A DNA stretch of 64,000 nucleotides, taken from an uncultured Methanoregulaceae archaeon. Lineage in GTDB: Archaea > Halobacteriota > Methanomicrobia > Methanomicrobiales > Methanospirillaceae. The notes under the pieces are model-generated. The model did not search any database and was not told where the DNA came from. It saw only the letters and a list, made by a program, of their open reading frames with translations. The stretch lies in assembly GCA_963701095.1 (NCBI GenBank), contig OY969564.1:288001-352000 (forward strand), in the 5' to 3' direction. Both the position numbers and the translations under genes were made by a program. The stretch's first letter is position 1; each line of letters starts with the position of its first letter. This document shows positions 1 to 9,674 of the stretch, piece by piece.

Positions 1-1
1 A

Positions 2-586
2 GCCGGTGTCGATGATTTCCTCGCAGAAGCTACCCCCGAAAGCAAACTGAAGCTGATCCGTGAATATCAGACCGGTGGAAGAATGGTAGCCATGACCGGC
101 GACGGGACAAATGACGCCCCGGCACTTGCCCAGGCAGACGTTGCGGTTGCCATGAACACCGGGACCCAGCCGGCCCGCGAAGCGGCAAACATGGTGGATC
201 TCGATTCCAACCCGACTAAACTGATTGATATTGTTGAGATCGGGAAGCAGCTCCTCATGACCCGTGGAGCCCTGACAACATTCTCGATAGCAAATGATGT
301 GGCGAAATATTTTGCAATAATCCCGGTCGCTTTTGCCTCAACCTACCCGGCACTTGGCGCCATGAACATTCTCGGGCTCCATGATGGCATCCTGTCCGCA
401 GTTATCTTCAATGCAATTATTATCGTGATTCTCATTCCCCTGGCGCTTCATGGGGTGAAGTACCGGGCAATGTCTGCCGAGGAGTCATTGCGGAACAACA
501 TTCTCATCTACGGTATTGGCGGACTGATCGCCCCGTTTATAGGGATAAAAATTATCGATATGCTGCTCCTGTTTTTGGGAGTATGA
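2..586 (+). CDS. kdpB: K+-transporting ATPase subunit B, C-terminal part (5' end outside window)
   Basis: Open frame from base 2: [52 protein letters not shown], characteristic KdpB motifs. Confidence 0.95.
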   Translation, partial: AGVDDFLAEATPESKLKLIREYQTGGRMVAMTGDGTNDAPALAQADVAVAMNTGTQPAREAANMVDLDSNPTKLIDIVEIGKQLLMTRGALTTFSIANDVAKYFAIIPVAFASTYPALGAMNILGLHDGILSAVIFNAIIIVILIPLALHGVKYRAMSAEESLRNNILIYGIGGLIAPFIGIKIIDMLLLFLGV

Positions 587-675
587 AAATTCAATACAGC
601 AGTTCCGGCTGAACAGAGGCCGGCATACAATCCATTTTTCCCTCTCGGTCTTGTGTATATTGCCAAGAACGCACT

Positions 676-1782
676 TTATTTTCGTGTTTTATAAAACCTT
701 ATTTCAGGTTCATTCCACGATCCGGTGAGTTTCCCCCGAAGAGCAAGTTCTCCCAAGATTTTTTTGGTTTCAGTGAGAAGGGATCGCGCCCGTGTCCCGG
801 CAAGTGGCGTCCCGGGAAGCGGGATGAACTGGTGGACATGAATTTTTCCTATCCGTGCCAGATTCCGAATTGCCGAGAGTGTTTTTAGCTGATCTTCATC
901 GGTCTCGAATGGGAGCCCGACAATGAAATCTATTATAGGAGTAATCCCGGCATTATGGCAGAGCTCAGCCGCCCTTATTGCATCGGCAATGGTATGCCCC
1001 CGGTTGAGTCTGGCAAGGATCGTGTCGCTCCCGGACTGGGCTCCAAAGTGGAGTTTGGTGTTGGCACAGTAATCGTGGATGATGTCAATTGACTGTTGGG
1101 AGATAAATTCTGGCCTTACCTCGCTGGGGAACGTCCCAAAAAAAGTTTCATGAGTGAGTTTTTGGAGAAGGTGCTCAATTTTATCTAACCGGGGATGGAT
1201 ACCATCAGAGCCGTAGGCAAAAGCATTTGGACTAACAAATCTGGCCTGTCCGTACCGGTTGGCATATTTTGCGATTTCATCAATCGACCGGTGCCGCATA
1301 CAGTGCCCGAATATCTGCGGTGTCTGGCAGTACCCGCAGGAAAAGGGACATCCTCGGGAAATTTCAACATATCCCTTGACTTCAGAAAATGCGGGATAGG
1401 CATCAAGCCGGACACTGCTTGACACCGGTTCATACCACGATCCAGTTGCTATACCGGGGATATGCCCGCATCCACCATCCTCAAGATCGTCAAGGAGGTG
1501 TGGCAGAGTGAATTCTCCTTCTCCCACTATGACATAATCTGCATAAGCAGTTACCTCACGCCAGCAGGCTGTCGCGTGCGGTCCCCCAACAATGGTGATA
1601 CAGTCCGCTTCTGCTATCTCATCTTGGTATTGTTGTTTGTTGATCGAATTCAGCGAATAACAAGTAACATCGGCTTCAGGGTTTTTTACCGGGTCCAGCT
1701 GCCACCCGCTTGTTTCACATGCAGCCTTGAGGATGGCATATGAATTCCGGGAAGCAGGGATTTCCCGCCAGTTCACCTGCAT
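676..1782 (-). CDS. B12-binding-like/radical SAM protein (TIGR04013-like)
   Basis: CPFSCGYC CxxxCxxC motif, VGGPHA and GEGE N-terminal motifs. Confidence 0.8.
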   Translation of the reverse strand: MQVNWREIPASRNSYAILKAACETSGWQLDPVKNPEADVTCYSLNSINKQQYQDEIAEADCITIVGGPHATACWREVTAYADYVIVGEGEFTLPHLLDDLEDGGCGHIPGIATGSWYEPVSSSVRLDAYPAFSEVKGYVEISRGCPFSCGYCQTPQIFGHCMRHRSIDEIAKYANRYGQARFVSPNAFAYGSDGIHPRLDKIEHLLQKLTHETFFGTFPSEVRPEFISQQSIDIIHDYCANTKLHFGAQSGSDTILARLNRGHTIADAIRAAELCHNAGITPIIDFIVGLPFETDEDQLKTLSAIRNLARIGKIHVHQFIPLPGTPLAGTRARSLLTETKKILGELALRGKLTGSWNEPEIRFYKTRK

Positions 1783-1821
1783 TTCGTAAATCCGAACATG
1801 GTCGTGAAAAAAGAGGACAGC

Positions 1822-2313
1822 TTATTCGCCACTTCCGCCTCTGGAACGGTATTGCTTCAAGACGTCTGCCACTTTATAGGTCTGGCCATTGTTCATAGTC
1901 ACATAGACCTCGACGCGATCGGATTCCCCGGCGTACGTGCCGTTCCCCGGCGTCCCGACAAGGTTAACAATAGTTCCGGCATTGGATCCGAGCGTCTCGG
2001 TATCGGTAGTTCCATCGACTCTCGTCAGGACTACTTTTATCGAATTGACATTGCCTTGGCCAAAACCACCGTTAAATGTTACGGGAATATCACCATGATA
2101 ATCTTTTTCACCAACAGTAACTGTGACTGCCTGATCAGAGGGCATCACGTCGGTAGGTGTGGTTGTCAGGGTAGACGTGGGTGCTGTGGCTCCACTGGTG
2201 CTGGAAGTACCGGGAGTACTCGTCGATGACGAGGGTTGCGAACTAGTGCATCCGCACAGGACAACTGCACTACAGACAAAAACAATCAGCAGAATGATCA
2301 CACGGGCTTTCAT
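1822..2313 (-). CDS. Putative lipoprotein/secreted protein with Ser/Thr-rich linker
   Basis: Signal peptide ending CGCTS, Thr/Ser-rich stalk, beta-rich domain. Confidence 0.65.
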   Translation of the reverse strand: MKARVIILLIVFVCSAVVLCGCTSSQPSSSTSTPGTSSTSGATAPTSTLTTTPTDVMPSDQAVTVTVGEKDYHGDIPVTFNGGFGQGNVNSIKVVLTRVDGTTDTETLGSNAGTIVNLVGTPGNGTYAGESDRVEVYVTMNNGQTYKVADVLKQYRSRGGSGE

Positions 2314-2411
2314 ACCAAATGATAATAACTTACTTTATTTGACAGTTGTGATCTTTAGATCATATAAAAATAGCACCGATAGTCCTTTATTGATAAAAGA
2401 TTCTTCAAAGA

Positions 2412-3242
2412 TCATCCTCCTATCTTTTTGAGGGCATCTGCTACTTCCTGGACAACGCCACTGTCATGATGATGAAGCAGTTTCATGAGAGGAGTTGAAG
2501 CTTGAATAGATCCAATTTCGCCCAGCGCCCAGATTGCAGCATCCTGGATAATCGGAGAACGATCGAGGAGGGGAATAAGGGTCCCGATAGCATCCGATGC
2601 ATGCAATGCCCCAAGGATGAGGGTGACCCGCCATGTAGTCCCCTCGGTGGCGTCATGCAGTGCGTCGATAAGAAGAGAAGTTGCATTGGTTTTGGGATCG
2701 CAGAGGACATCGAATGCGGCACTTCTTACTGTCCAGTCATCGTTCTCGAGGGCATCGATAAGAAGGCGGACATTCCCTGCCTCCGGCGCTCCGGCAAGGT
2801 TTGCAATGATTCCGAGCCGGACAGATCGTGATGTGCGACAAATTTTCTCCGCCCATTCCTGACGGAGCACCGGATCAGTACCTTCTGCAGTCGGCACCTG
2901 CAAAACACGATCGTCTTGTTTGATCGGCGCCGGATCAGCTCGACCAAGGGCTTCTGCCCAGCTGATGACCGCCCATCGTGCCACCTCGCTGGAAAATCCC
3001 AGTTCGTCCTCAAGCCTTTTTATCAGAAATGCCTCGGTAAGTGCGAGAGGAAGTGCATGACGGGGTGTGAGGAGATCGTCTGGGATATGCTGTCGCACTG
3101 CATGGACAAGGACAAAAATCTCGCGGGAACACTCGGGACAGGTATCCCGTAGCAGACCCTCGCACCGGTTTGCATCATGGGCTATCGAGACACCATACAA
3201 GGCGATGAGACGCGAGAGCATGGTCCGGGCGGTATCGTTCAT
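2412..3242 (-). CDS. HEAT-repeat protein with N-terminal helical domain, 4th gene of TerY-P operon
   Basis: ATG at 3242 overlaps kinase TGA (ATGA); PBS-lyase-type HEAT repeats (VRSAAFDVL, AAIWALGEIG, VADALKKIG). Confidence 0.75.
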   Translation of the reverse strand: MNDTARTMLSRLIALYGVSIAHDANRCEGLLRDTCPECSREIFVLVHAVRQHIPDDLLTPRHALPLALTEAFLIKRLEDELGFSSEVARWAVISWAEALGRADPAPIKQDDRVLQVPTAEGTDPVLRQEWAEKICRTSRSVRLGIIANLAGAPEAGNVRLLIDALENDDWTVRSAAFDVLCDPKTNATSLLIDALHDATEGTTWRVTLILGALHASDAIGTLIPLLDRSPIIQDAAIWALGEIGSIQASTPLMKLLHHHDSGVVQEVADALKKIGG

Positions 3243-4588
3243 GGCTGTTCCTGGAATGGTGGCATAATAGTACATGATATGCCGTCGATGGTTATGGTGG
3301 TTTTCGGGTTGAGCGGTACAGCCTTTCCCGGTGGTACGCTGGAGGTCGTGCCATCGGGAAAAGACACGTGCCATGTACTATCAGAAAGGTTCCGGATGCC
3401 TGCGGCACCTGATATTGAAGGATGAGAAACGACGCGACCGATTTCCTGAGAACCGTTATCCTGGCTGGCTCCAGGTGAAATGTGAACAGATCGAAGCGTC
3501 GTCCCGAGAGAAAGGGCAAGACTTGAGTTGCCTCCTGGCCGCCGGATAACAAGAAATGGCAAAGGCGGAATCGGACTTTTGCAGTGCCAGCAGGAAACGG
3601 ACATCTGATTTTCTGCAACCATATTTTCAGCCCGGCACCGGGGGCAGGGAACCAGGCGGTCCTTTAAAGAGAGAAAAAGGTTCTGCCACTCTCCTTCCGT
3701 GACCCGGCGACCTGGATTTTCCAGTCCTTCCGTGAAAGCCCGAGTGAATAACGCTTGTAATTCGGGATGGCAGATTGCCCACCGGTCACGTGCGATGTTG
3801 TAATCTGGATCATTTGGCAGCCGGTTTGTCGTTTTGCAGGGATCAAACACAAAAATCGGGGAGATGCCGTAGACCTGTTTTTTTGCCGGTATATCCCAGC
3901 AATGGTAACGGTACTCCAGATCGCCATGGAAGGGATGGTGCCAGACCCAGAGATAGAAAAGGAGGACAGCAAGTGCGTGGAGATCCGTCACTGTAGAGGG
4001 GTCACTCTCTTCCCGGATCAGTTCCGGGGCCATATATTCTAGCGTTCCCCAAATCTGACAGTGCGACTGGCGGTTGACGCCCACATTGTCGTTGTCACAG
4101 ATCAGGACATCACCGGTTTTGGGATCAAACATCAGGTTTCCTGCCGAGATATCCCGATAACAGTGGCCGGAGAGGTGGAGTGCCCGGTAACTGTTTGCAA
4201 GCTGGTATGAGATCTCACAAAGTGCCGTTATGCTTGGGACCGGTTTTAAATGCGCCCATATCTCGCCAAGCTCGGCGAACCGCTGCGTGTCGATCCGGGT
4301 CATAAGGTACCCGAATTGTTTAGAACCTTCAGCCGTAACAAGATCAAGCGGCCAGATGAACCGTTTCCCTGCAGCACCATACGGTGGCCCGGTCCTGACG
4401 AGGTAGGAAATGGCATCCTGCTGATCCGGAGTAGCCTGTTCAGGTTTGTACCATTTCACAGTCTGATATCCCTGCGGCCCATCAACAAGATAAACCTCTC
4501 CCTGTGTGCCCTCGCCGATCTTTTTTATCACCTGAAGGGTGGTCTGGAGCTGACGTGCATGGAGCCGCTGGCCAACAAGAAGTGGCAT
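3239..4588 (-). CDS. Ser/Thr protein kinase (YegI/TerY-P type) with Zn ribbon and C-terminal beta domain
   Basis: IGEGTQGEVY Gly loop, VKWY, YRDISAGN catalytic loop, CDNDN, GTLEYMAPE; CPRC...CWHC. Confidence 0.9.
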   Translation of the reverse strand: MPLLVGQRLHARQLQTTLQVIKKIGEGTQGEVYLVDGPQGYQTVKWYKPEQATPDQQDAISYLVRTGPPYGAAGKRFIWPLDLVTAEGSKQFGYLMTRIDTQRFAELGEIWAHLKPVPSITALCEISYQLANSYRALHLSGHCYRDISAGNLMFDPKTGDVLICDNDNVGVNRQSHCQIWGTLEYMAPELIREESDPSTVTDLHALAVLLFYLWVWHHPFHGDLEYRYHCWDIPAKKQVYGISPIFVFDPCKTTNRLPNDPDYNIARDRWAICHPELQALFTRAFTEGLENPGRRVTEGEWQNLFLSLKDRLVPCPRCRAENMVAENQMSVSCWHCKSPIPPLPFLVIRRPGGNSSLALSLGTTLRSVHISPGASQDNGSQEIGRVVSHPSISGAAGIRNLSDSTWHVSFPDGTTSSVPPGKAVPLNPKTTITIDGISCTIMPPFQEQP

Positions 4589-4590
4589 GG

Positions 4591-5508
4591 TTACCAGCCC
4601 TCCCCTGCAGACAAATGTGTATCTGGCTCCTTATCCGGTGGTTTTTCTTCCGGTTTGATACAGGCCCAGACAAGAGTCATATCGTCGCCGCTTGCAATTG
4701 CTGAGAAACGGTCAAGCCATCCACCCATAGCGGCAGCCACAGCCTCGATGCCATAGGTGTTGATGCGATCGACAAGGCTGTGGACAAAAACAGAAAACTC
4801 CTCGCTGTCAGCGCCGTTGAAGGAGTCCGATATACCATCGGTTGCCCCGAGAAGGACGCCACCATTCTCCCGGTCAAGTGTCGCCGTCCGCCAGAGCAGG
4901 TGGGCATCAGAAGATGAGAGAGAACGGGTCTCGCTACCGGTAAGCACAGGGTCCCGGGGGAGAGGGAACTCGATAAGGCCTCCGGGCCTTACGAGAAGAA
5001 GATCGCCATCGCCAATCTGGGCAAGAAGTATGGTGTCGGATACGACAAGAGCGGCTAGCAGGGTTGTCCCGTACCGGGTGAATACCTGCTCAGTCGGTCC
5101 TGGTGCTTTTCCATCAGGAAAATGTTCCTCCCGGTTTATATCCTGCAACACGAGTTCCCGCCACCGCCTGGTGGCGAGCCTGGGAAAATCGGTCTTGAAT
5201 CCGGAACGGTACTGCTGGCGGGGGATATTTCCGTCAGCATAGGATCGGTGGAATGTTACCAGTTCGCTGATTGCAGCATTCACGGCAAGGGCAGCTCCTG
5301 TCCTGCTCAGGTCATGCCGGGGATCGCCATGACCATCGGCAACGGCAAATGCAATGCAAGGCTGAGCACCGGCAGATCCGCTCCAGAGTCCATATGCATC
5401 TTCGCAGGGTCTGTGAACCCGGACATGGGATGCCCCGGTTCTGCTGCAGCCAAATGCCCAGCCAAGGCCGGTATCGGCGGTGCAGGAGAACTCTTCCGGT
5501 GATGGCAT
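4591..5508 (-). CDS. PP2C-family phosphatase (YegK/TerY-P type)
   Basis: GASH..PCED, AVADGHG, YGTTL, QIGDGD, ATDGI, SGDDMT motifs. Confidence 0.9.
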   Translation of the reverse strand: MPSPEEFSCTADTGLGWAFGCSRTGASHVRVHRPCEDAYGLWSGSAGAQPCIAFAVADGHGDPRHDLSRTGAALAVNAAISELVTFHRSYADGNIPRQQYRSGFKTDFPRLATRRWRELVLQDINREEHFPDGKAPGPTEQVFTRYGTTLLAALVVSDTILLAQIGDGDLLLVRPGGLIEFPLPRDPVLTGSETRSLSSSDAHLLWRTATLDRENGGVLLGATDGISDSFNGADSEEFSVFVHSLVDRINTYGIEAVAAAMGGWLDRFSAIASGDDMTLVWACIKPEEKPPDKEPDTHLSAGEGW

Positions 5509-5515
5509 AATCTTT

Positions 5516-6237
5516 CTAGAAAAGATCGGTATTAGATGTGATCATCTGCGGCGGGGAATCAAGCGCAACGTTCGATATATCTTCCCCGAGCCTATGCTTC
5601 TGCTGCGGCCCCGTGATGATGCCACCGATGCACTGACTGACGCCCATTTGATATAGGCGACCAGTTCTTCCGGAGAATGTGCCCGTATAAGTCCCACGGA
5701 TTCCTGGTTGGTAAACTTGATAAGTTCGGGTGCATTGTAATCAGATTCGTCACCAATGGCGATAGCAAGCCTTACAGCTTTGATACCCCATGGAATTTTT
5801 CCAAGTTCCGCAATAGCAGCATCATATTCTTCTTGAGGATCTGTGCAGAAACCATCGGAAATAAGAATGCAGACTGGCGGAAGTCCGCGGCGGGGCATAC
5901 GATCGATGCTGAGCTCTTCAGTCAGGAGCTTGATGGCTTTTGCCGTTGCGGTAAGTCCACTCGTCTCCAGCTCAGGCCAGACAAAGTCGTTTAGAGGGAC
6001 CGGGTCTGGACCCACGTGCCAGGCAGCGTTATTTGAAAATTTTATTGCCCGCATCCGGATATCGACCTGAGGGTATGCTTCAACTGCCTTCTGGATCTCA
6101 GGCAAGGCTTCACGGATAGCCTGGTTAAGTGTGGCAATCTTCTTTCCCCGCATCGAGTCAGAGCAGTCTGCAAGCCAGAAGAAATGCAGCTGTTTTCTTG
6201 CTACCTGACCTTCAGGGATCGGAATCGCATCTTCGAT
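5516..6237 (-). CDS. terY: TerY-type vWA domain protein (start and C-terminus reconstructed)
   Basis: Frame extends upstream of ORF 5542..6153 to RKQLHFFWLADCSDSM (DxSxS MIDAS); LISDG; shifting at the GGGG near 5585 gives C-terminus GEDISNVALDSPPQMITSNTDLF ending 5516. Confidence 0.8.
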
Positions 6238-6369
6238 AATAAATCCCCCTAATCTCCTGTTTACTGTAATCTATCCGGTGACAATATAAGATCACCGGTT
6301 AGCCGGGCGCTATTCAGGGCAGAAATGCTCTAAAAACATGCACTATTTAGGTGCAAAAAAAAGATCCCT

Positions 6370-6642
6370 CTACTGTGAGGGTGGCGGAGTGGTGGTAGTC
6401 GCGCTTGCTGGGGCGGCACTCTTGATCATGTCTTTTACTGGTCCTGGAAGGTCCATACCATCAACAATTTCCGGTAGGATGCTCATAATGACCTGTTGGC
6501 CCTGCGTGGATGAGGCAAAGCTCTTCAGCAGGTTCATTCCGTCTGGAGTAGCCAGAAAACTTTTTACTGCTTCCTGTCCCTGGGGGGTCGAGATAAACCC
6601 GGTAAGTGAGCCTTCAAGGCTGCCAAGATTTCCAAAATTCAT
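6370..6642 (-). CDS. Hypothetical protein with short internal repeats (STPQGQ/ATPDGM/STQGQ)
   Basis: 90-aa ORF with GGAG RBS. Confidence 0.55.
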   Translation of the reverse strand: MNFGNLGSLEGSLTGFISTPQGQEAVKSFLATPDGMNLLKSFASSTQGQQVIMSILPEIVDGMDLPGPVKDMIKSAAPASATTTTPPPSQ

Positions 6643-6753
6643 TTTAATAAACTCCTAACTGTTTTCCTACATTTTAGCGGTATTTCCTCTTAAATTTGTG
6701 GGAGTCTACCATTACATCTGATAAATCCATCGGAAAAAAGTAATAGGCTTATC

Positions 6754-8136
6754 TTACAATTTCTTGAGTGCCTGGACGACTTTCCCGACTGTATCCTGGG
6801 CGTCGCCATACAGGAGCCTGGTGTTGTCCCTATAGAACAGATCATTTTCAATACCGGCAAACCCTTTCCCCTGACCCCGCTTGAGAATAACAACGTTCTT
6901 GACCTGTTCTACATCAAGGATAGGCATGCCAAAGAGCGGGCTACCCTGACGGTGGGATGCCGGATTAACGGTATCATTTGCGCCGATGACAAGAACAACA
7001 TCCGTACTGGGAAATTCCGGGTTGATCTCGTCCCGGTCGAAAAGGCGATCATAGGCTACGCCAGCTTCTGCCAGAAGGACATTCATATGTCCCGGCATCC
7101 TTCCGGCTACCGGATGAATTGCGAACTTAACCTGGATATTCCTTTTTTCCAAAAGGTCAGCAAGCTCCTTGACTTTCTGTTGGGCTTGGGCAACTGCCAT
7201 ACCGTAACCGGGAGCGATGATTACCTTATTTGCATAGGCGAGCATAACTGCGACATCATCGACTTCAACCGGTTTCATACTGCCCTGAATTTGAACGCCG
7301 CTTTCTTCTGTAGCCCCAAAAGCACCAAAGAATACGTTTGATATTGAGCGGTTCATGGCTTTTGCCATCTGGAGTGTCAGGAGGGAACCTGCCGCACCCA
7401 CAATGATACCGGCAATAACCATTGCGTAGTTGGGTGTTGCAAACGAGAATCCGTCAAGTGCTACAGCAAGCCCGGTAAATGCGTTGTACATCGAGATTAC
7501 AACCGGCATATCAGCCCCGCCGATGGGGAGCGTCATGAGGACCCCAAATACCAGTGAAAGGATAAAGAAAAGCGGAAGGTATATCGCGATACTGAGTGGG
7601 ATCCATGCCGGGGTCAGGACAATACAGATACCGGAGATAATAGCGAGGAAGAGAACTGCCATATTGACGATCTGCTGGCCCGGGAACGTTATTGGGCGCG
7701 GCCGCATCCATCCCTGGAGTTTGAGAAACGCGACGATGCTGCCGGCAAAGGAAATGGCACCGATAATACCACCAATGACTGCAAGTGAGCTTGTTGTGTT
7801 AATGGTGCCAAGCAGTTCAACAGCCGAGATCCCAGCCGCTGCACCGCCACCCATACCGTTAAAGAGTGCTACCATCTGAGGCATCCCGGTCATGGCGACA
7901 CGTTTGGCGGCAATGTAGCCAAAACCGCCACCGATCACAATCCCAATCGCCATTAATGCAAAATTTGTGAGGTTGGGCGTCAGGAACGTAACGAGTGTTG
8001 CAATAAGCATAGCGGTGCCAGCCCAGACTATGCCACTGCGGGCAGTGAGCGGGTGGCTCATCCGGTACATGCCAATGATGAAGAAGAAGATCGTTGCTAT
8101 GTAAACCGGATCGATGATCCAAGAGAGGTCGATCAT
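6754..8136 (-). CDS. pntB: NAD(P) transhydrogenase subunit beta
   Basis: MPQMVALFNGMGG, IGGADMPVVIS, PGYGMAVAQAQ, HPVAGRMPGHMNVLLAEA, GANDTVNP. Confidence 0.97.
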   Translation of the reverse strand: MIDLSWIIDPVYIATIFFFIIGMYRMSHPLTARSGIVWAGTAMLIATLVTFLTPNLTNFALMAIGIVIGGGFGYIAAKRVAMTGMPQMVALFNGMGGGAAAGISAVELLGTINTTSSLAVIGGIIGAISFAGSIVAFLKLQGWMRPRPITFPGQQIVNMAVLFLAIISGICIVLTPAWIPLSIAIYLPLFFILSLVFGVLMTLPIGGADMPVVISMYNAFTGLAVALDGFSFATPNYAMVIAGIIVGAAGSLLTLQMAKAMNRSISNVFFGAFGATEESGVQIQGSMKPVEVDDVAVMLAYANKVIIAPGYGMAVAQAQQKVKELADLLEKRNIQVKFAIHPVAGRMPGHMNVLLAEAGVAYDRLFDRDEINPEFPSTDVVLVIGANDTVNPASHRQGSPLFGMPILDVEQVKNVVILKRGQGKGFAGIENDLFYRDNTRLLYGDAQDTVGKVVQALKKL

Positions 8137-8137
8137 A

Positions 8138-8449
8138 TCAGGCCTCCTTTTTAGGCTTTTTCCCGCTGCGGTCAAACATCTGGAGGATCCGTTCTGTTAC
8201 CACGTACCCGCCGGAGACATTTGCTGCCCCGAGAATGACGGCAATAAAACCGATTGCCTGTTCGAGCGGTGTTGTGGCAAGGCCGAGGGCTACCATGGCG
8301 CCGACAAGCACAATTCCATGGATAAAGTTCGAACCGCTCATCAGGGGTGTGTGGAGGATAACCGGCACCCGGCTTATCACGACATAGCCGGTAAACGCGG
8401 CAAGCATCGCGATATAGATCGCAGTCCAGAGCATTGTTGTATCAATCAT
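8138..8449 (-). CDS. pntAB: NAD(P) transhydrogenase subunit alpha part 2 (membrane)
   Basis: LHTPLMSGSNFIHG..NVSGGYVVTERIL. Confidence 0.95.
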   Translation of the reverse strand: MIDTTMLWTAIYIAMLAAFTGYVVISRVPVILHTPLMSGSNFIHGIVLVGAMVALGLATTPLEQAIGFIAVILGAANVSGGYVVTERILQMFDRSGKKPKKEA

Positions 8450-9602
8450 GGTTTTGATCCCTCCAGAAGATCGCGTGTCGGTTGGTGACAGACCTTTCCT
8501 GCATGTACCAGGAGGCTCGCAGTAAGGATTTCGTCAGTAAACTCAGGTACCAGTGCGCCGTTCTTGTCTATAAGAAGAGAGAGGAACGATTGCAGGTTCT
8601 TTGCATACATCTGGCTTGAGTGGAAAGGTACCCGGCCGGAAGGTTCTGAGGGCCGATAATGACAACGCCATGCTCCCGGATTGTTTTGCCTGCCTGGGTA
8701 AACTCACAGTTTCCACCGGATTCAGCGGCCATATCGATGATGACAGCGCCCGGTTGCATTGTTTTTACGGTTTCTTTTGTAATTAGAACCGGGGCGCGGC
8801 GGCCGGGAATAGCCGCCGTGGTTATGACAATATCTGCCCGAGCAACCGCGGCTGAAACCATTTCCTGTTCCTTTACTTTCTCTTCGGCCGTGAGCTCACG
8901 GGCGTATCCACCCTGACCCTCAGCATTAATCTCAAGCTCGAGGAACTTTGCGCCAAGGCTTCTCACCTGTTCTCCGGCAGCCCTTCTGACATCATAAGCT
9001 TCAACAAGGGCGCCAAGTCTCTTTGCGGTAGCAATTGCCATCAGACCTGCAATACCGGCACCGAGAACGAGCACCGTCGAAGGACGTATGGTTCCGGCAG
9101 CGGTGGTTAGCATCGGAAGGAACTTGGGGCAGTTTTCCGCTCCAAGGATAACAGCGACATATCCCCCCGCTGTTGCCTGGGAGCTGAGTGCATCCATACT
9201 TTGGGCACGGGAGATCCGCGGCACAAGTTCAAGGGAAAATGCGGTAATCTTCCGGTCACGCATCTTCTTTACGGTCTCGAGATTGTTTGCCGCGTTCATA
9301 AACCCGATAACGATCGTGCCTTCTGCGAGTTCATCGACATCAGCAACGGTGGGTGGCTGCACGCGGAGAACAACTTTTGCGCCATCAAATAGCGCTTGTT
9401 TATCAGTAATAACTTTTGCGCCGGCTGTTACGAAACTGCTGTCCTGGTAAAAGGCACCTGCTCCAGCATTTTGTTCGATTCGTATCTCACAACCTGATTT
9501 AACAAGGTTCCGGACTACATCCGGTACGGTCGCGACCCGCTGTTCTCCAGACGCAGACTCCTTTGGGACCGCAATTACCAGTGCCGGTGTCACAATCCCC
9601 AC
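8446..9602 (-). CDS. pntAA: NAD(P) transhydrogenase subunit alpha part 1 (frameshift near 8635)
   Basis: PKES..EQRVA, RISRAQSMDALSSQ, GAGIAGL, AAESGGNC; alternate frame supplies DEILTASLLVHAGKV and a TGA overlapping the next ATG. Confidence 0.92.
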
Positions 9603-9674
9603 CGGGCCTTTCCAGTCGTATACCTATAAAACAAGTACTTCACTCCGATCTGCAATGTATCCTAAAATGTGAAC

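Noticed and set aside
583..675. No kdpC after kdpB
   Set aside because: The operon start is outside the window and kdpC may lie upstream; cannot be judged.
676..1782. Radical SAM gene as the archaeosine partner RaSEA, given arcS/tgtA nearby
   Set aside because: It is about 8 kb away in a different unit and has a B12-binding-like N-terminus; no specific support.
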